A stretch of DNA of 63,888 nt, counting the filler, from Globobulimina sp. (Eukaryota): the NCBI GenBank assembly GCA_003354225.1. It is 46 parts of 46 records of this genome, joined end to end, with 100 filler letters (N's around TTAATTAATTAA, not from the genome) between each part and the next. Parts side by side here need not be neighbours in the genome. Positions count along the whole stretch, not along the records: positions 12,529 to 13,820 come from PIVH01019300.1; positions 13,921 to 15,212 come from PIVH01019301.1; positions 15,313 to 16,604 come from PIVH01019302.1; positions 16,705 to 17,996 come from PIVH01019303.1; positions 18,097 to 19,387 come from PIVH01019304.1; positions 19,488 to 20,778 come from PIVH01019305.1; positions 20,879 to 22,169 come from PIVH01019306.1; positions 22,270 to 23,560 come from PIVH01019307.1; 38 more parts are not named here. One strand, given 5' to 3'. Positions 12,529 to 25,051 of this stretch are shown here, piece after piece. Each line of letters starts with the position of its first letter. Positions within the stretch are counted from its first letter, which is position 1. The translations under genes were made by a program, and so were the position numbers. The notes under the pieces are model-generated. The model made no database searches, was not told where the DNA came from, and saw only the letters and a program-made list of their open reading frames with translations.

Positions 12529-12981
12529 GCGTGTAATCGATTCGAAATATCCATTTGATCAATCACTTTCTCTACATCATTCAAATTGTTATAAGACTCT
12601 CTTTTTTCTTTAAATTCTTGCAGAAAGTCAATAATCGGCTGAAGCTTTTTTTTAAGACCTTTTGTACTAATGCTGATGAAATTGACAGGATTATTGATTT
12701 CATGGGCAATACCAGCTGCTAAAACGCCGATTGATGCCATCTTCTCCGAATGGATCAATTGAGACTGGGTGGATTTTAATTGATTCAGAGTTTCCTGCAG
12801 CTTCTTGTTATTCTGTTCCAGTTTAGCTTGATACCTTCGTAAAGATAGATGGGTTTTGACCCTGGCCAAAACTTCTGTCAAATTGAATGGTTTAGTGATA
12901 TAGTCTACTCCGCCGATTTTAAAGGCTTTTAATTTGTCAAGAGGTTCTGCTTTGGCACTGATGAAAATAATAGGTATCTCA
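12529..12981 (-). CDS. Bacterial response regulator-histidine kinase hybrid, fragment
   Basis: IPIIFISA..GGVDYITKPF (REC C-half), coiled coil, QLIHSEKMASIGVLAAGIAHEINNP (HisKA H-box). Confidence 0.93.
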
Positions 12982-13242
12982 ATAGAATATGCATGCATCG
13001 CCACAATGCTTTGTATGACCCTCTCTTATAAAATGCGGCTATATTTTTATTTAATTTTGTGCGGTATGTTATGCTTAATGTGACAACCGATGTAACCACA
13101 ATTATAATCAACACTGTGTTCTTCGCTAATATATGGCCGGTTGTTTTGCGAGAGCAAGATTTCCCCATTGCTTGCTTGCTGATCTAAACTCTAAGCTACC
13201 AACTAAAAAACACACAGTTTTAAAATTAAAACAAATCATAAA

Positions 13243-13820
13243 TTATCTTTTTAATTGCTTTACAATACAATTACCAATTATTACTCGTGTTTCTTCGTAC
13301 CCAGGATACATATCAATCATTTCCTTATCTTTATCAAAATACTTGGAATTAAATAATAACGGTTTCCTTACATATTGTGGTGTGTTGGCATCATGAAGAT
13401 ATAAACATTGATTATATCTATTCTGTCCCCATAAATAATATTTATTATCTGCTGTCTTAATAATATTATGATTTGCACCACATTTAATATCAACAATTGT
13501 TTCTTTTTTTAATGTTTCATTTGGTTGTGGTAAATAGACATTTTTAGTTGAACCATTTCCACATTGATACCCCACATTGTATCCAAAACAATATATCTTA
13601 TTTATATTTGTATATAATATGACAAAACAATATAAAAACAAAAAGATCAAAACTTTCTTATTTAATGATAGTAATACATTATGATAATAACCACAACATA
13701 TTTTACCAATTTTAATATTGTTTTGAATAAAATATTGTATTCTTGTTGGTGAATATCTATTATTATTATCCCCATGGCCTAAACTACCATAATAACCATG
13801 TCCCCACGACCAAACACCAT
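13243..13820 (-). CDS. RCC1-repeat protein, 5'-partial, intron 13597-13653
   Basis: VWSWGHGYYGSLGHG..ICCGYYH; IYCFGYN..QCGNG; IKCGANH..LWGQNRYNQC. Confidence 0.9.
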
Positions 13821-13920
13821 NNNNNNNNNNNNNNNNNNNNNNNNNNNNNNNNNNNNNNNNNNNNTTAATTAATTAANNNNNNNNNNNNNNNNNNNNNNNN
13901 NNNNNNNNNNNNNNNNNNNN

Positions 13921-14388
13921 CAGAATGACAAGAAGTTGTTTAAAAAAGATAATAATGCGTCACCATCGCCATCGCCGCCGCCGCCACATCTTGACAACAA
14001 TCGGAAGAAAAGAGACAATCCGCCTCATGATCATGTAAATAATGTAAATAATATAAATAATATTGCCAGTTATAGTGATGTTGAGTATGATATAGAATCG
14101 GAATCAGAATATGAATATGAAACGCCTGGCAATCCAAATCATCATAATAATAATAATCACAATTACAATAATAATAAGAATCACAATAATAATATCAAGC
14201 ATTTTCGACCTCAAAGTCCTGATTCTTCTGCATCTTCATCAGCATCGCTATATTTTCCAGCCAATCAGAAAGAAAAAACCAAAGGTGGACCAATACATGA
14301 AAAAGGAAGAGCGAATGATGGTGGTTTGTCCGATACAGACTCAACGTCCATTGGTTCAATTCAGAACAGGCAAAAACGACATTTTTGA
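13921..14388 (+). CDS. Low-complexity Asn/Pro/Ser-rich C-terminus, 5'-partial
   Basis: Open frame from the contig start with eukaryotic disordered composition. Confidence 0.55.
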   Translation, partial: QNDKKLFKKDNNASPSPSPPPPHLDNNRKKRDNPPHDHVNNVNNINNIASYSDVEYDIESESEYEYETPGNPNHHNNNNHNYNNNKNHNNNIKHFRPQSPDSSASSSASLYFPANQKEKTKGGPIHEKGRANDGGLSDTDSTSIGSIQNRQKRHF

Positions 14389-14685
14389 TCGAGGAAAATG
14401 CATTTTATTCGTTTCTTTTTTTTACTGTGCAAACTGTTTCAATTTTTGTCATTTCTAAGTATTTAGCTTACTATTTACAAAACGCTTTATGTATAATAGC
14501 TAATTGAAGATCTTCAAACAAAAAAAATCATGTCCAATAAGATGGATCTTTCTTTTGCCTTCAAATGCAAATCCATCGATCAGATTTCACTCATTCCAGA
14601 ATATTCATTATACTTAACTTGAATTAAAGGTTTTCACACAGAATTAAAATTTTGCAGTTATTTACCTTTTAATTCTAGCTACATC

Positions 14686-15093
14686 ATGGACCTTAACTCC
14701 ATTCTCAAAGATTTTGGAACAGTAACATTATCTTTATCAAGTCTAATCGCAATACAATTGATAATATGTGGAGTTGGAATGTTCATTGCAGGACTTGCGT
14801 TTCTATGCGTATATGAACCAAAAATAAATGGTCCGCTACAAGCAATAATTCCAATCGTTCAAATCAAATCATTAAAGAAAAAAATGAAGAAAAAGAAGAA
14901 AAAAAATCATTTAACAGTTCGCCAACAACAAGAAAGGAAAAAACGAGAAAGCAAACATTTAATGTCAGCCACCGATGTTACTGATGCTGAATATATGAGC
15001 AATAAACAAAAACAAAATATACATTCTTCACAAACAGAATCATCATCATCTGATGATGATGACGATGATCAACATATACAAGCATCGAAATGA
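14686..15093 (+). CDS. Small membrane protein with Lys-rich tail
   Basis: Hydrophobic LIAIQLIICGVGMFIAGLAFLCV then a poly-K and acidic tail. Confidence 0.55.
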   Translation: MDLNSILKDFGTVTLSLSSLIAIQLIICGVGMFIAGLAFLCVYEPKINGPLQAIIPIVQIKSLKKKMKKKKKKNHLTVRQQQERKKRESKHLMSATDVTDAEYMSNKQKQNIHSSQTESSSSDDDDDDQHIQASK

Positions 15094-15312
15094 TTAACTA
15101 ATAATTTGTGTTTTTTCAAAGTAAAGTTTTTATCCTTGCACATTGTTCACAGCAGAATATAAAATTATAAATAAATAAAACTGTGTTGGACATATTATTG
15201 TTTTTTGTCACTNNNNNNNNNNNNNNNNNNNNNNNNNNNNNNNNNNNNNNNNNNNNTTAATTAATTAANNNNNNNNNNNNNNNNNNNNNNNNNNNNNNNN
15301 NNNNNNNNNNNN

Positions 15313-16604
15313 GTTATCCAAACCCGGCATTTGTCCATAAGACGATGCCAATGCACCTAACTGTGCCTGCGAGCCATACATTTGTTTGTACTGCAACCAA
15401 TACTGATATCTCCTCCATTTGACCACGAATTGGCGCTGATAATTTTGCCAATATTGTGGTGTAATCTGTCCATTTTGCAACATCTGCCAAGTAGCTGCAT
15501 ATTGTTGCTGTGCCATTTGATATTGTTGCGCGAAATTCGATTGCTGCGCTCTATATTGCGCCCACTGAGTAGCATACAATTCTTGCGCATTCATCATACT
15601 TTTTTTGTATCTATGTCGTTTTTCTTGTATATGGCTAGCACCAGAACCCAATGCTGGAGGAGCTGGCGGCAAAATCAGTTCATCCGCATCATCATCTTCA
15701 TGTTTCTCATAAAATGGAGCGGGTGGCGGTGGTGGAAGTGCTGGCAAATCCGGATGTAATTCTACCTGTTTTTCCTCCTCTTTCTCTTCCTTCATTTCCT
15801 ATGCACATAAAATACAAATAATACGCTTACATTTTGTACAATGAATGCATTCCTATTGCTATTTACATGCAAAATGCGCATATTATTTGCATTTTATCTC
15901 ACCTTTTCTTCCTGGCCGTCGTCAGTGTGCTTCTCCAACAGTTTCTTGTGTCTCTCCCGCCGCTTCTGTTTCGCCACTTGTTTCTCCATCTCCTTCATCT
16001 GTACGCCCGGCGCCTGCTTGTTAGCAGTGTGTTGACCCAATGATTCCTTCAATAATCCAACTTTATCCATCAACTCCTTGCTCGCCTTATGCTCACTGCT
16101 CCCTCCAACCAATGCCGCCTCCTCCTCCTCCTCCAACAACCTCGTCACCTCTTCCTCGTGCTCCTCCTCCTTCTTCTTCGCAGCTAGCAAGGCCATACGC
16201 GCTGCTTTCCCGGCCTGGACATACCTTTTCAGCGAAGTCTCGTCAATGTGGACCGGCTGATAATGCAAGACACCATCATCAATGTCATACAATTTGTCAA
16301 TCAGAGCGTTAAACTCCGGTAGAAACTCCACTTTGTCGTCATAATCACTCAGAAAATATGTAAATATCTTTTTCAATACACAGACAATGTCAATATTCGT
16401 CTCCCGGTTATGCAGCGTCATAAACGTTTCCAGCTCGGACTCTGTGCGCACGCTCGATTTGCGTCGTTTTTTGTCGCCGCTGTTGCTCATACTCGAGTTC
16501 CTGCGGTGTTTGTTGCGTTTGCCCACATGAGCCATGGACGAGGCGTTTTTTCTGTGTTTGGGCGTGTTTTGCCTCCCACTGCGTTTGCGCTTTTTTTTTC
16601 CTTT
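15313..16604 (-). CDS. Hypothetical Glu/Pro/Gln-rich protein, partial, intron 15799-15902
   Basis: Two ORFs joined in frame by a GTGAGA...CATAG intron (EEK|EMK). Confidence 0.7.
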
Positions 16605-16790
16605 NNNNNNNNNNNNNNNNNNNNNNNNNNNNNNNNNNNNNNNNNNNNTTAATTAATTAANNNNNNNNNNNNNNNNNNNNNNNNNNNNNNNNNNNNNNNN
16701 NNNNATGATACACTGGGCAATGGTGCCAATGGTAATGTAGACGGAAAAGGTTACAGCTAAAAAAAGAATCATGTTTCATTGACCCAAAAG

Positions 16791-17168
16791 TCAATAACGT
16801 TTCTGTAACTGCTTCCCATATGTGACTGCAACCTTGATTTCTTTGTCCCATTCATCACATTCCGGGATGCTCATGCCCGTACATCGAAGGCACCAAGTGT
16901 CGCCTTTATCCGTTGTGACATCAATTTGAATGTCCCCCCATCGATTAGAACCGATCAGAACCATTCTCTCTCTCAAGGTGTAAACGCCAAACCGTGATTT
17001 ATATCTGTTCAATACACCATTCTGTAAATTAAAATATCGCGTCTTGTAACCCCATGTACCTCCATTAGGAGCTAAAAGCGGACCCAGTTTGCGTGTGTCC
17101 AGTGGTCCCTCTTTGTTGCAATTAACCAATGTTATGGCCAATAATAAAACGATACCCTCACGGAACAT
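16791..17168 (-). CDS. Signal-peptide protein with PH-like domain
   Basis: MFREGIVLLLAITLVNC; WGYKTRYFNLQNGVLNRYK...TWCLR...ECDEWDKEIK. Confidence 0.6.
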   Translation of the reverse strand: MFREGIVLLLAITLVNCNKEGPLDTRKLGPLLAPNGGTWGYKTRYFNLQNGVLNRYKSRFGVYTLRERMVLIGSNRWGDIQIDVTTDKGDTWCLRCTGMSIPECDEWDKEIKVAVTYGKQLQKRY

Positions 17169-18096
17169 GTCTTTATTTCTTCTCCTTTAATTTTTGATTT
17201 TTCTACAACTGCTTTGTTCAACGTATTCTTCTATTTCAATTTGCGATTATGAGTAGATACTAAGTACAAAATATTGATTTAAAATTATGAAATTGTTCTA
17301 AAACAAGTCCAAACCATGCATTTGCAGCTAGTGATGATGTCAATATTCTTGTATGGATCAGTTTACTTCCTATTGGATCTAACCCATAACTATGAAGGGG
17401 CCCATACTCATCGGCTTCTCCTTATAGTACGTCCATCCATACGTTTTTTATTTATGTATTTTATTTAAATATAACAAACAATCAAACGATCATATTTAAA
17501 TGATATGGTGCTTTTGAGTTGGTTTTAGTGTCATTGTGTATTGAATATTAATTGGAAATGCCACGTGTTTGCCTTTTAAGACTTTCATGACTAAGACGAG
17601 ATAAAGTTTTTTTGATTAATATAAATTCACTTAATGCAATCCAACCAATTCATAATCCAAAGCGTAACTGGTCTTATCATATTTTCCATAACAGAACCAA
17701 TTGAAATTAGGAGATCAGTGGCAAATACGACTCAAGAATTTGCTGTTTGGTCACTGGAAGTTGTATACAGACTCAGTCAGACTGTGGCACTGTTTTTGTA
17801 TTTTTTTATAAAATTTGTGTACAATGAATTCACTGAACTGGCTATTTTCTTGTTTAATTTGTCTATGATATTTAAATATCACTGAACTGGCTATTATTCC
17901 ATTCGTCAACTCTGACTGCAATAAATTGATCGATAGGGCAGCGATCAGTGAAATATCATAGACAAAACAATCAAAATTATACATTACTAAACATTCNNNN
18001 NNNNNNNNNNNNNNNNNNNNNNNNNNNNNNNNNNNNNNNNTTAATTAATTAANNNNNNNNNNNNNNNNNNNNNNNNNNNNNNNNNNNNNNNNNNNN

Positions 18097-19244
18097 AAAA
18101 CGTGGACCAAAAATGGCGTTTATCTGCAAACAAAGTGACACTGACCGTCGATACCAAAATTATCGGGAAAAAGGATTATTCGGTTGATGTTAATAAAGAA
18201 TTAACATTGAAAGGAACAAATCTATATAATTTCATTGCGTCTGATCTGAATGTTGCATCGGCCACAAACTCGGCAATAACATCTGTATCAAACTTACAGT
18301 TTATATCTGACAGTATATTTACATTCGTTTTACCACAAATATTAATGTCAATATACTATGATGATATATACATTTGATACGCAAAAATGTCTTCCTCTTT
18401 CTCTATGAAACCAGGACTGAATATATTATCCAACCAATCATTAATAATGGAATCAGAATCATATAATCAAGAATCATTAAACAAATTTTGTAGTAATTAT
18501 ATTTCAGGCAAAGATCAAAAAATTAGAATGCGAGGGCCGATTGCCGCAAATTCAGTGATTGATGAGGTTTTTGATGAGATTGTAATGGCCTTAGGATCTA
18601 CACAAAATATGTTAGTATTCGGTGGATTGGTGACCAGAGAATCTGAGCAAGGCTGGAAAGTTGGCTCAACAAAAAAACATGTCCGTGGCGCGTATTGCGA
18701 TGTTCTTAATACATTTGATGTTCCCATTAAAATAATAAACACGTCCGCCGTCACTTATTTGCAGGAGCCGATAAAATATCATGTGACGTTGGTTAAATTT
18801 GCCAAGGAATATGATTGCGAGACAGCAGAGTTTGCACAGTTAAATATTGGAGCCGGAATGTATAAGGATAATGCAACAAAAACATGGATAGATGTTGCAC
18901 CAAATGGTAGAACAACTTTTTTTAATATTGCTTCACCGCCAAAAGGATCAAAACCTGGCAAATGTATGGATTTATATGATTTTAGCTGTTGTTTTGCAAC
19001 GCTGAATACAGCGTATGCATGCAAATTAAATCCAGGAATACAAGAAAAAGCATCAGATGGTGAATTAAGCACTGATTATATGCCATTGGAATTACATTTA
19101 AATATGACAATGTTAATTGATAATAAGTTTGAAATGAACGTAACATATAAACAGCCTTTTTTACCACTATATTTTGGGTATGAAGTGTATGATGGATATG
19201 CAAAGGATTTATTCTTATCATGTAAATCGTTCATTTTTGAATAG
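18097..19244 (+). pseudogene. DUF3712/LEA2-like protein with one in-frame TGA at 18375
   Basis: ORFs 18102-18377 and 18387-19244 share a frame; YYDDIYI*YAK..MKPGLN..FCSNYISGKD resembles that family. Confidence 0.5.
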
Positions 19245-19487
19245 TTGTTTATTTAATTTATAATTTTGTGGTTTAAGGACTAAATTCAAATAATATGTTT
19301 TAAATTTATTTAATTTTATTTTTAAACTTAATTTAACAGTTTTAAACCCAGCAGGGGCCTAAAAAACAGCTAAATAATTCTGCCAATNNNNNNNNNNNNN
19401 NNNNNNNNNNNNNNNNNNNNNNNNNNNNNNNTTAATTAATTAANNNNNNNNNNNNNNNNNNNNNNNNNNNNNNNNNNNNNNNNNNNN

Positions 19488-20778
19488 TTGACGATGATTT
19501 GTTCCAGCTTCCTTGAGATGAGCATCGGTCCATAAGCGTGGTTCTTGCCGTCGCCGAGTGCCAGGGAACTTGAGTGGTACCATTCCATTTGTCCAATGAC
19601 CATTGTCCATCTTTTGTCGTACTTAACTGGCCTTTGTTAGCATGATCAGGGTCGAGAGCAGTATATTTGTACACGAAATATGTGCATGTGAGGGCTAGTA
19701 ATACGATAACTAGATAATGCATCAATACGAAACTTGGATTTTTATGACTATACTCGATTCTTTGTTTTGACGTGTCAATCAACTTTTCGTTGCATTTTAC
19801 CTTTTCTCTTGTTACATGTTTAACTTTTGTGACTGCGGACTCTCTATGCTCTGTTTTAGCTGCATTTTCCCGTTTACGTTTGTTTTTTACGTTTATTTTC
19901 GACGTTGACCCTACTGAACGAACAATTTGCGACTGATTGTGTGATTTTAAAATACGATTAGCTAATGAGATGGCGTTACATATTTGACCACAATAGGCCG
20001 TCTTTTCAATTGTTGCATTTAAATGTTTAGTGCCGCGAGTCAATTTTAAAATGTTGTCGTAAATTTTTTCAATTTTGATCAATAATGTTTCAGTTTCACG
20101 TCTTAACATATATAAATCGAGTTGTTCATCCATCGTTAAACTTCTGTTTTTATACGTTTTAATTTCGTTGATACATGCCTCTGACTCTTTTATTTCTCTA
20201 CTAACATCTTCTTTCCAAATTATCAACTGTGCCTCTTTCGGCGTTTTACAAAAGATACTATTCATTGTTTGTATAGACTGTATTGGATTATCGTATATGA
20301 ATGTATCTGTACTTTTATATGGCATCGTGCCTGCAAACGAGTATCCGAACTCTGTGTCGACTACATACAATCCATCATCTAATTTTTCCTTTTTTCCCGA
20401 GATCAAATCAAAACAATAATCATTTCCTATCAACATGTCTATTTCTACGATTTCCGACTCTTCAATCCATGTTTCAGCAAATTTACTATTAGCTTTTACG
20501 AGATTTTGTAAAACTGGGTATTTATTCGGATCAATAGCTACCTTTTTGATTGGATGGGTTATTGTGTCATTTACGTATGCTTCAAATGTCTTGTATTCTC
20601 CATTGCGTAATTGTAGATCTATCTTTACTCTAGCTAATACGACAGTGACTGGTTGCGTTTGTGCAAAACCTGATATTGTTACTGTATCATATGCTATTGG
20701 AATTAGACCCATTTCATCGCAAATTTTCTTTTTGACAATTGTGCACTGACTACCCGTATCCTCAAGAACTCTACATTT
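19488..20778 (-). mobile_element. BEL/Pao-type retrotransposon aspartic protease (DUF1758-like) ORF, partial
   Basis: RVLEDTGSQCT (DTG), IDMLIGND, GLYVVDTEFGYSFAG; open across the whole contig. Confidence 0.8.
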
Positions 20779-20878
20779 NNNNNNNNNNNNNNNNNNNNNN
20801 NNNNNNNNNNNNNNNNNNNNNNTTAATTAATTAANNNNNNNNNNNNNNNNNNNNNNNNNNNNNNNNNNNNNNNNNNNN

Positions 20879-21650
20879 AGTGACAATGATTTGCGATGCT
20901 TCGTATTGTCGTTAAAGTTAATTCAGATTGACTCATTACGAAAACATCATTCTGTAATATCATTGAATTGTTTACGCTTTGTTCCGTTGGTAAAGTTACC
21001 AATAGCTTTGATTTACTGTTTATAATGCCATAAATACGTAAATCAGCGGTTAATGGTTTGGAATATCCTGAAAGTTTGAGTTGGATCGAATCGATGATAG
21101 TTTGATAAGAGTCATAAGACCCTTGAGCTGCTAAGATATTATGTTTCTCATTCACTTGATTACGCAGAATATGTTCAAATGTATCACCTTTGTTCACCAA
21201 AATTCTGCAACAAAAACTGTTTATATTTAATTCTTTGTTTTGGAAACATATCCATAATGGTTTGAATATGGATTTTCCAACCATCGGATCATGATTTTCT
21301 AAAAACAACAACTGGAAATCTGTGTATTTGATTTGCGAGAAACGTGCCGGCATTTTGTATGTTTGATTCAGCCGCAAAGTATCAGGCACTTTGTTTCTGT
21401 TCGCATCCAAAATTACAAACTGTTTTGGTGTTAATGTTTGCAGCAATGATACATCCACCGCACCGCAGATATATTTTAAAATCGATCCAAAATATACATA
21501 TCCATAAATTGGATTATTTAAACAATATTTTACTATTTTTGATATTATTTGGTGAGCTTTCCAAATTTTTTTATGAATAATAGTCATTGTTAATATTGAT
21601 TTTGTATCCAAACCACTGTCATTGGGGGCAAAAAAATCAATATTAAACAT
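20879..21650 (-). CDS. Hypothetical protein, partial
   Basis: Long ORF in AT-rich DNA; no confident family. Confidence 0.5.
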
Positions 21651-22355
21651 AGCTAATCGTGATACTGCATTTTTTTGATGCTTCTGTTTTGTATTAGTAT
21701 AATATCGAAATCGCGGACATTATAAGCAACTATTTCAAATTTTATAAAGAGATATTTTCTATTACGTGAATTTGTGAATAATGTATGATTTCCAATTATA
21801 TCGTCCCAAAAACCTCTTCCTGCTGAGCCATAATCCCATTCTCTAAAATGCAATTAATATGTTAGTAAATGATTTAAATCCAATTAATATATGGCAAGAA
21901 TTTTCAGATTTTCAGAGCCATGCAATAAATCTAAAACAAGGTTGTAGGTACAACTGAAACAATATACTGCACATACTCGCAAGTCTACAAATACTGTTTC
22001 CATTTGACCCTATATTGTTTCTATCTGACAGTATAGCGTTGTCATATGACAGTATATTGTTTCTATTTGTCCATATTGTTTGCAAATCAATGGTATTTAC
22101 AGCACACTTGGTATACGTACAAAGACAGACTTTAATTAAAGGTTTGCCGTACGTATTTCTGGTTTCTTGNNNNNNNNNNNNNNNNNNNNNNNNNNNNNNN
22201 NNNNNNNNNNNNNTTAATTAATTAANNNNNNNNNNNNNNNNNNNNNNNNNNNNNNNNNNNNNNNNNNNNAAAGTTTTTTTTTCTTCAATTATCAAAGCGT
22301 TCATTGAAGAAATTAACTAAAAGCAAAAACCCTAATGTATTCGCATGTTTGATGT

Positions 22356-23507
22356 TCACCTAAGACTAAAGTCAACAATTTCAGGTGAACGATTTTCTGA
22401 CTTCATCTCAACATCTAAACTTTCTTCGACAATAGTCGACAATTCTTGCTTACAACACTTGGTCGCAACTCCAAACGAAAAGTCTAGCAGTTGGACACCT
22501 CTGACCATTTGGTCCAGATCTTCATAATGTTGGTCCACACTTTCGCTATTACTGGGAATCATTTCTCGCAATTTTTTGATCCACATGTTCTCAAAATATT
22601 TTTGAATTGATCCAAATACTAATTTGTATATATTATCTCCCAATGGAAGAAACATGAGAAATATTACTCCATCAATTAAAACACAAATAGGATTGGAGGT
22701 ATAATCGATATCATCCTTAACTAAAATCCTGATTAAAAAAAACAAAACGATTTTTAATATAAGAGAAACAATAAAAGCAGTGCATAATATAGAATGCCGA
22801 ATAACTCCACTGATCGCAGCTTTTCTTTTAGCAATTAATTCCATTGTTTTTCTAACTGAATTTATTAAGGATCTAGTTTTAAAAATGAATGCGATCCCAG
22901 CATATAATCCGGTACATACTGCTAACAAAAGACTTACGTTTCGTACATGTCCGGACGTTGAAATTTGATTAGAGATTGGAATACAAATTTGATACTTTTG
23001 AGTGTTGTTTAATTGTTCAACTTCAAAATCATTCCTTATAAACATTGTTATTGAAATACACATAAAGAACAAAGTTGTTAGCCACATTTGTAAACATTTT
23101 AAATGTTTAATAGCATAAATTTTTAAAATATTGATGAAAAATAATGATACAAAAAACCATCGAATGGAACGTAAGATCCAACTCATTTTCCCTAAAATAT
23201 CACATTGAAAACATTCTCCATTTGAACATGAATCAGAAAATGGAATAGTCAAATCGTTGAGGAACAAAACATCTACAATTCTTTCAATAATTTGTGTAAT
23301 CCATATACAAACAACAATTCTTACAATATTAATACTTGTAAAGTTTGCTGATGGTTGAGAGCTAAACAAAATGTTAATAAATATTAATCGAACCATATTG
23401 CACAGAATGAGAATAACCACAGATGACAATGCCAAAAGAGACGCAAAATACGGCAAAGGAATATGAGCCATAATTAGTTGTGTTGTGTTCACGTTTAAAG
23501 ATAGCAA
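22356..23507 (-). CDS. 7TM/GPCR-like membrane protein
   Basis: About 7 hydrophobic segments with Cys before TM3 and in loop 2. Confidence 0.6.
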   Translation of the reverse strand: MLSLNVNTTQLIMAHIPLPYFASLLALSSVVILILCNMVRLIFINILFSSQPSANFTSINIVRIVVCIWITQIIERIVDVLFLNDLTIPFSDSCSNGECFQCDILGKMSWILRSIRWFFVSLFFINILKIYAIKHLKCLQMWLTTLFFMCISITMFIRNDFEVEQLNNTQKYQICIPISNQISTSGHVRNVSLLLAVCTGLYAGIAFIFKTRSLINSVRKTMELIAKRKAAISGVIRHSILCTAFIVSLILKIVLFFLIRILVKDDIDYTSNPICVLIDGVIFLMFLPLGDNIYKLVFGSIQKYFENMWIKKLREMIPSNSESVDQHYEDLDQMVRGVQLLDFSFGVATKCCKQELSTIVEESLDVEMKSENRSPEIVDFSLR

Positions 23508-25051
23508 ATTATTTGTAATTAAAGATATAAATACCAGTAGCTGGAATTATACATTTTTTANNNNNNNNNNNNNNNNNNNNNNNNNNNNNNNNNNNNNNNN
23601 NNNNTTAATTAATTAANNNNNNNNNNNNNNNNNNNNNNNNNNNNNNNNNNNNNNNNNNNNTATCCATATTCAAAAAATGATAACGTCCATCAATACTCCC
23701 TCCTACCCTGGAAAAAAGTGATTGTCCTGAAATGAACTTTAATATAAATGACCTTTGGAGAAAACAAAAAACTTACTCTGAAAGAAAATACGAATTAAGG
23801 GAACTATTATATACTCTAATAGGGGACTGTTTAGTGTGAAAAATTGTAATGTTGTATGGTATAAAGAATAGAATGATGCGTTAGTGTAATGTAATAACCA
23901 TATTATACGTAAGGAGAAAAAACAAACTATATTCCATATTCCTAAAGTGCACTTGATTCAATAACCATAATGATTGCCCAATCCACAGTATGAGAGCCGG
24001 AGATAGCGAATAAATCGTTGGCACCGGTTGCACCGTTATGAGGCTACCATAACATATTAGTAAGTTCGAATTCTACCCAAATACAATACCACAAATAGCC
24101 ACTATCTGAAATAATAAGAAAACCTTTTAATTCATGTTAATAACAAAACATAATATTATACAAAACAAAAGTAAATAATGATACTCAACAAATGTTAGGT
24201 TCCAGCCACAGAACTTACGACCATTTCAATGTTATTCTAGCTACGATTGCATGGAATTCATGACCGACTTCACCCAACCAACCATCTAACGCCAACCAGA
24301 GGAAAACCATTGGATCTATTCACCAGATTGGAATTACTGCACCACCAAACTCCGAATCCATCCGAACATCCGCTAAACAAGGAAAATACATAAGTGTGGG
24401 GTTCACCCTCATACTGAACATGCTTTATGACAGGTTCCCTGCGTCTGTGGGGGTGTGACCATATCAAAATGACAAACTAAAATAAAAGTAGAGGTTACGG
24501 TATGGTAACAAAATAGAATATCAAAAATACACAAACAAGTCACTGTATTGGCACAGTAAAAACCAAAAAGAAAGTACATAAGTAACGCAAATCAATACCA
24601 ACTAAACGAAATATTACAGGGAAAAAGATAAAGTTGCACCGACCATATTTGAAAGGAAAGAAAAATTACTAATTATTACGATACATTACTAGAGAAATAA
24701 CTAGAAGAAAACTCAGACTAGAAAAAAAAGGGGGGGGTCTCAGAATTGCCTAATCACATAATTACTCAATAATTACCATTACCAGGCAAACTAGAAAAAC
24801 CATTGGTCACCAGATGAAAGACCATGACAAGTAACTAATAAAAACTCAGTAAAAGTGAATTTCTTTATAAGCATTCCTTCATCAGATCAGAGCCGGTCGC
24901 CATAGCATGCCATGTTCGCCCTTAGGAAAACTTTAAGAAGATCGAATATTCNNNNNNNNNNNNNNNNNNNNNNNNNNNNNNNNNNNNNNNNNNNNTTAAT
25001 TAATTAANNNNNNNNNNNNNNNNNNNNNNNNNNNNNNNNNNNNNNNNNNNN

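Noticed and set aside
20879-21850. USP7-like ubiquitin-like domains
   Set aside because: Resemblance too weak to support without an HMM search
24719-24737. LTR retrotransposon polypurine tract
   Set aside because: Not followed by TG, and no pol or LTR evidence in the contig
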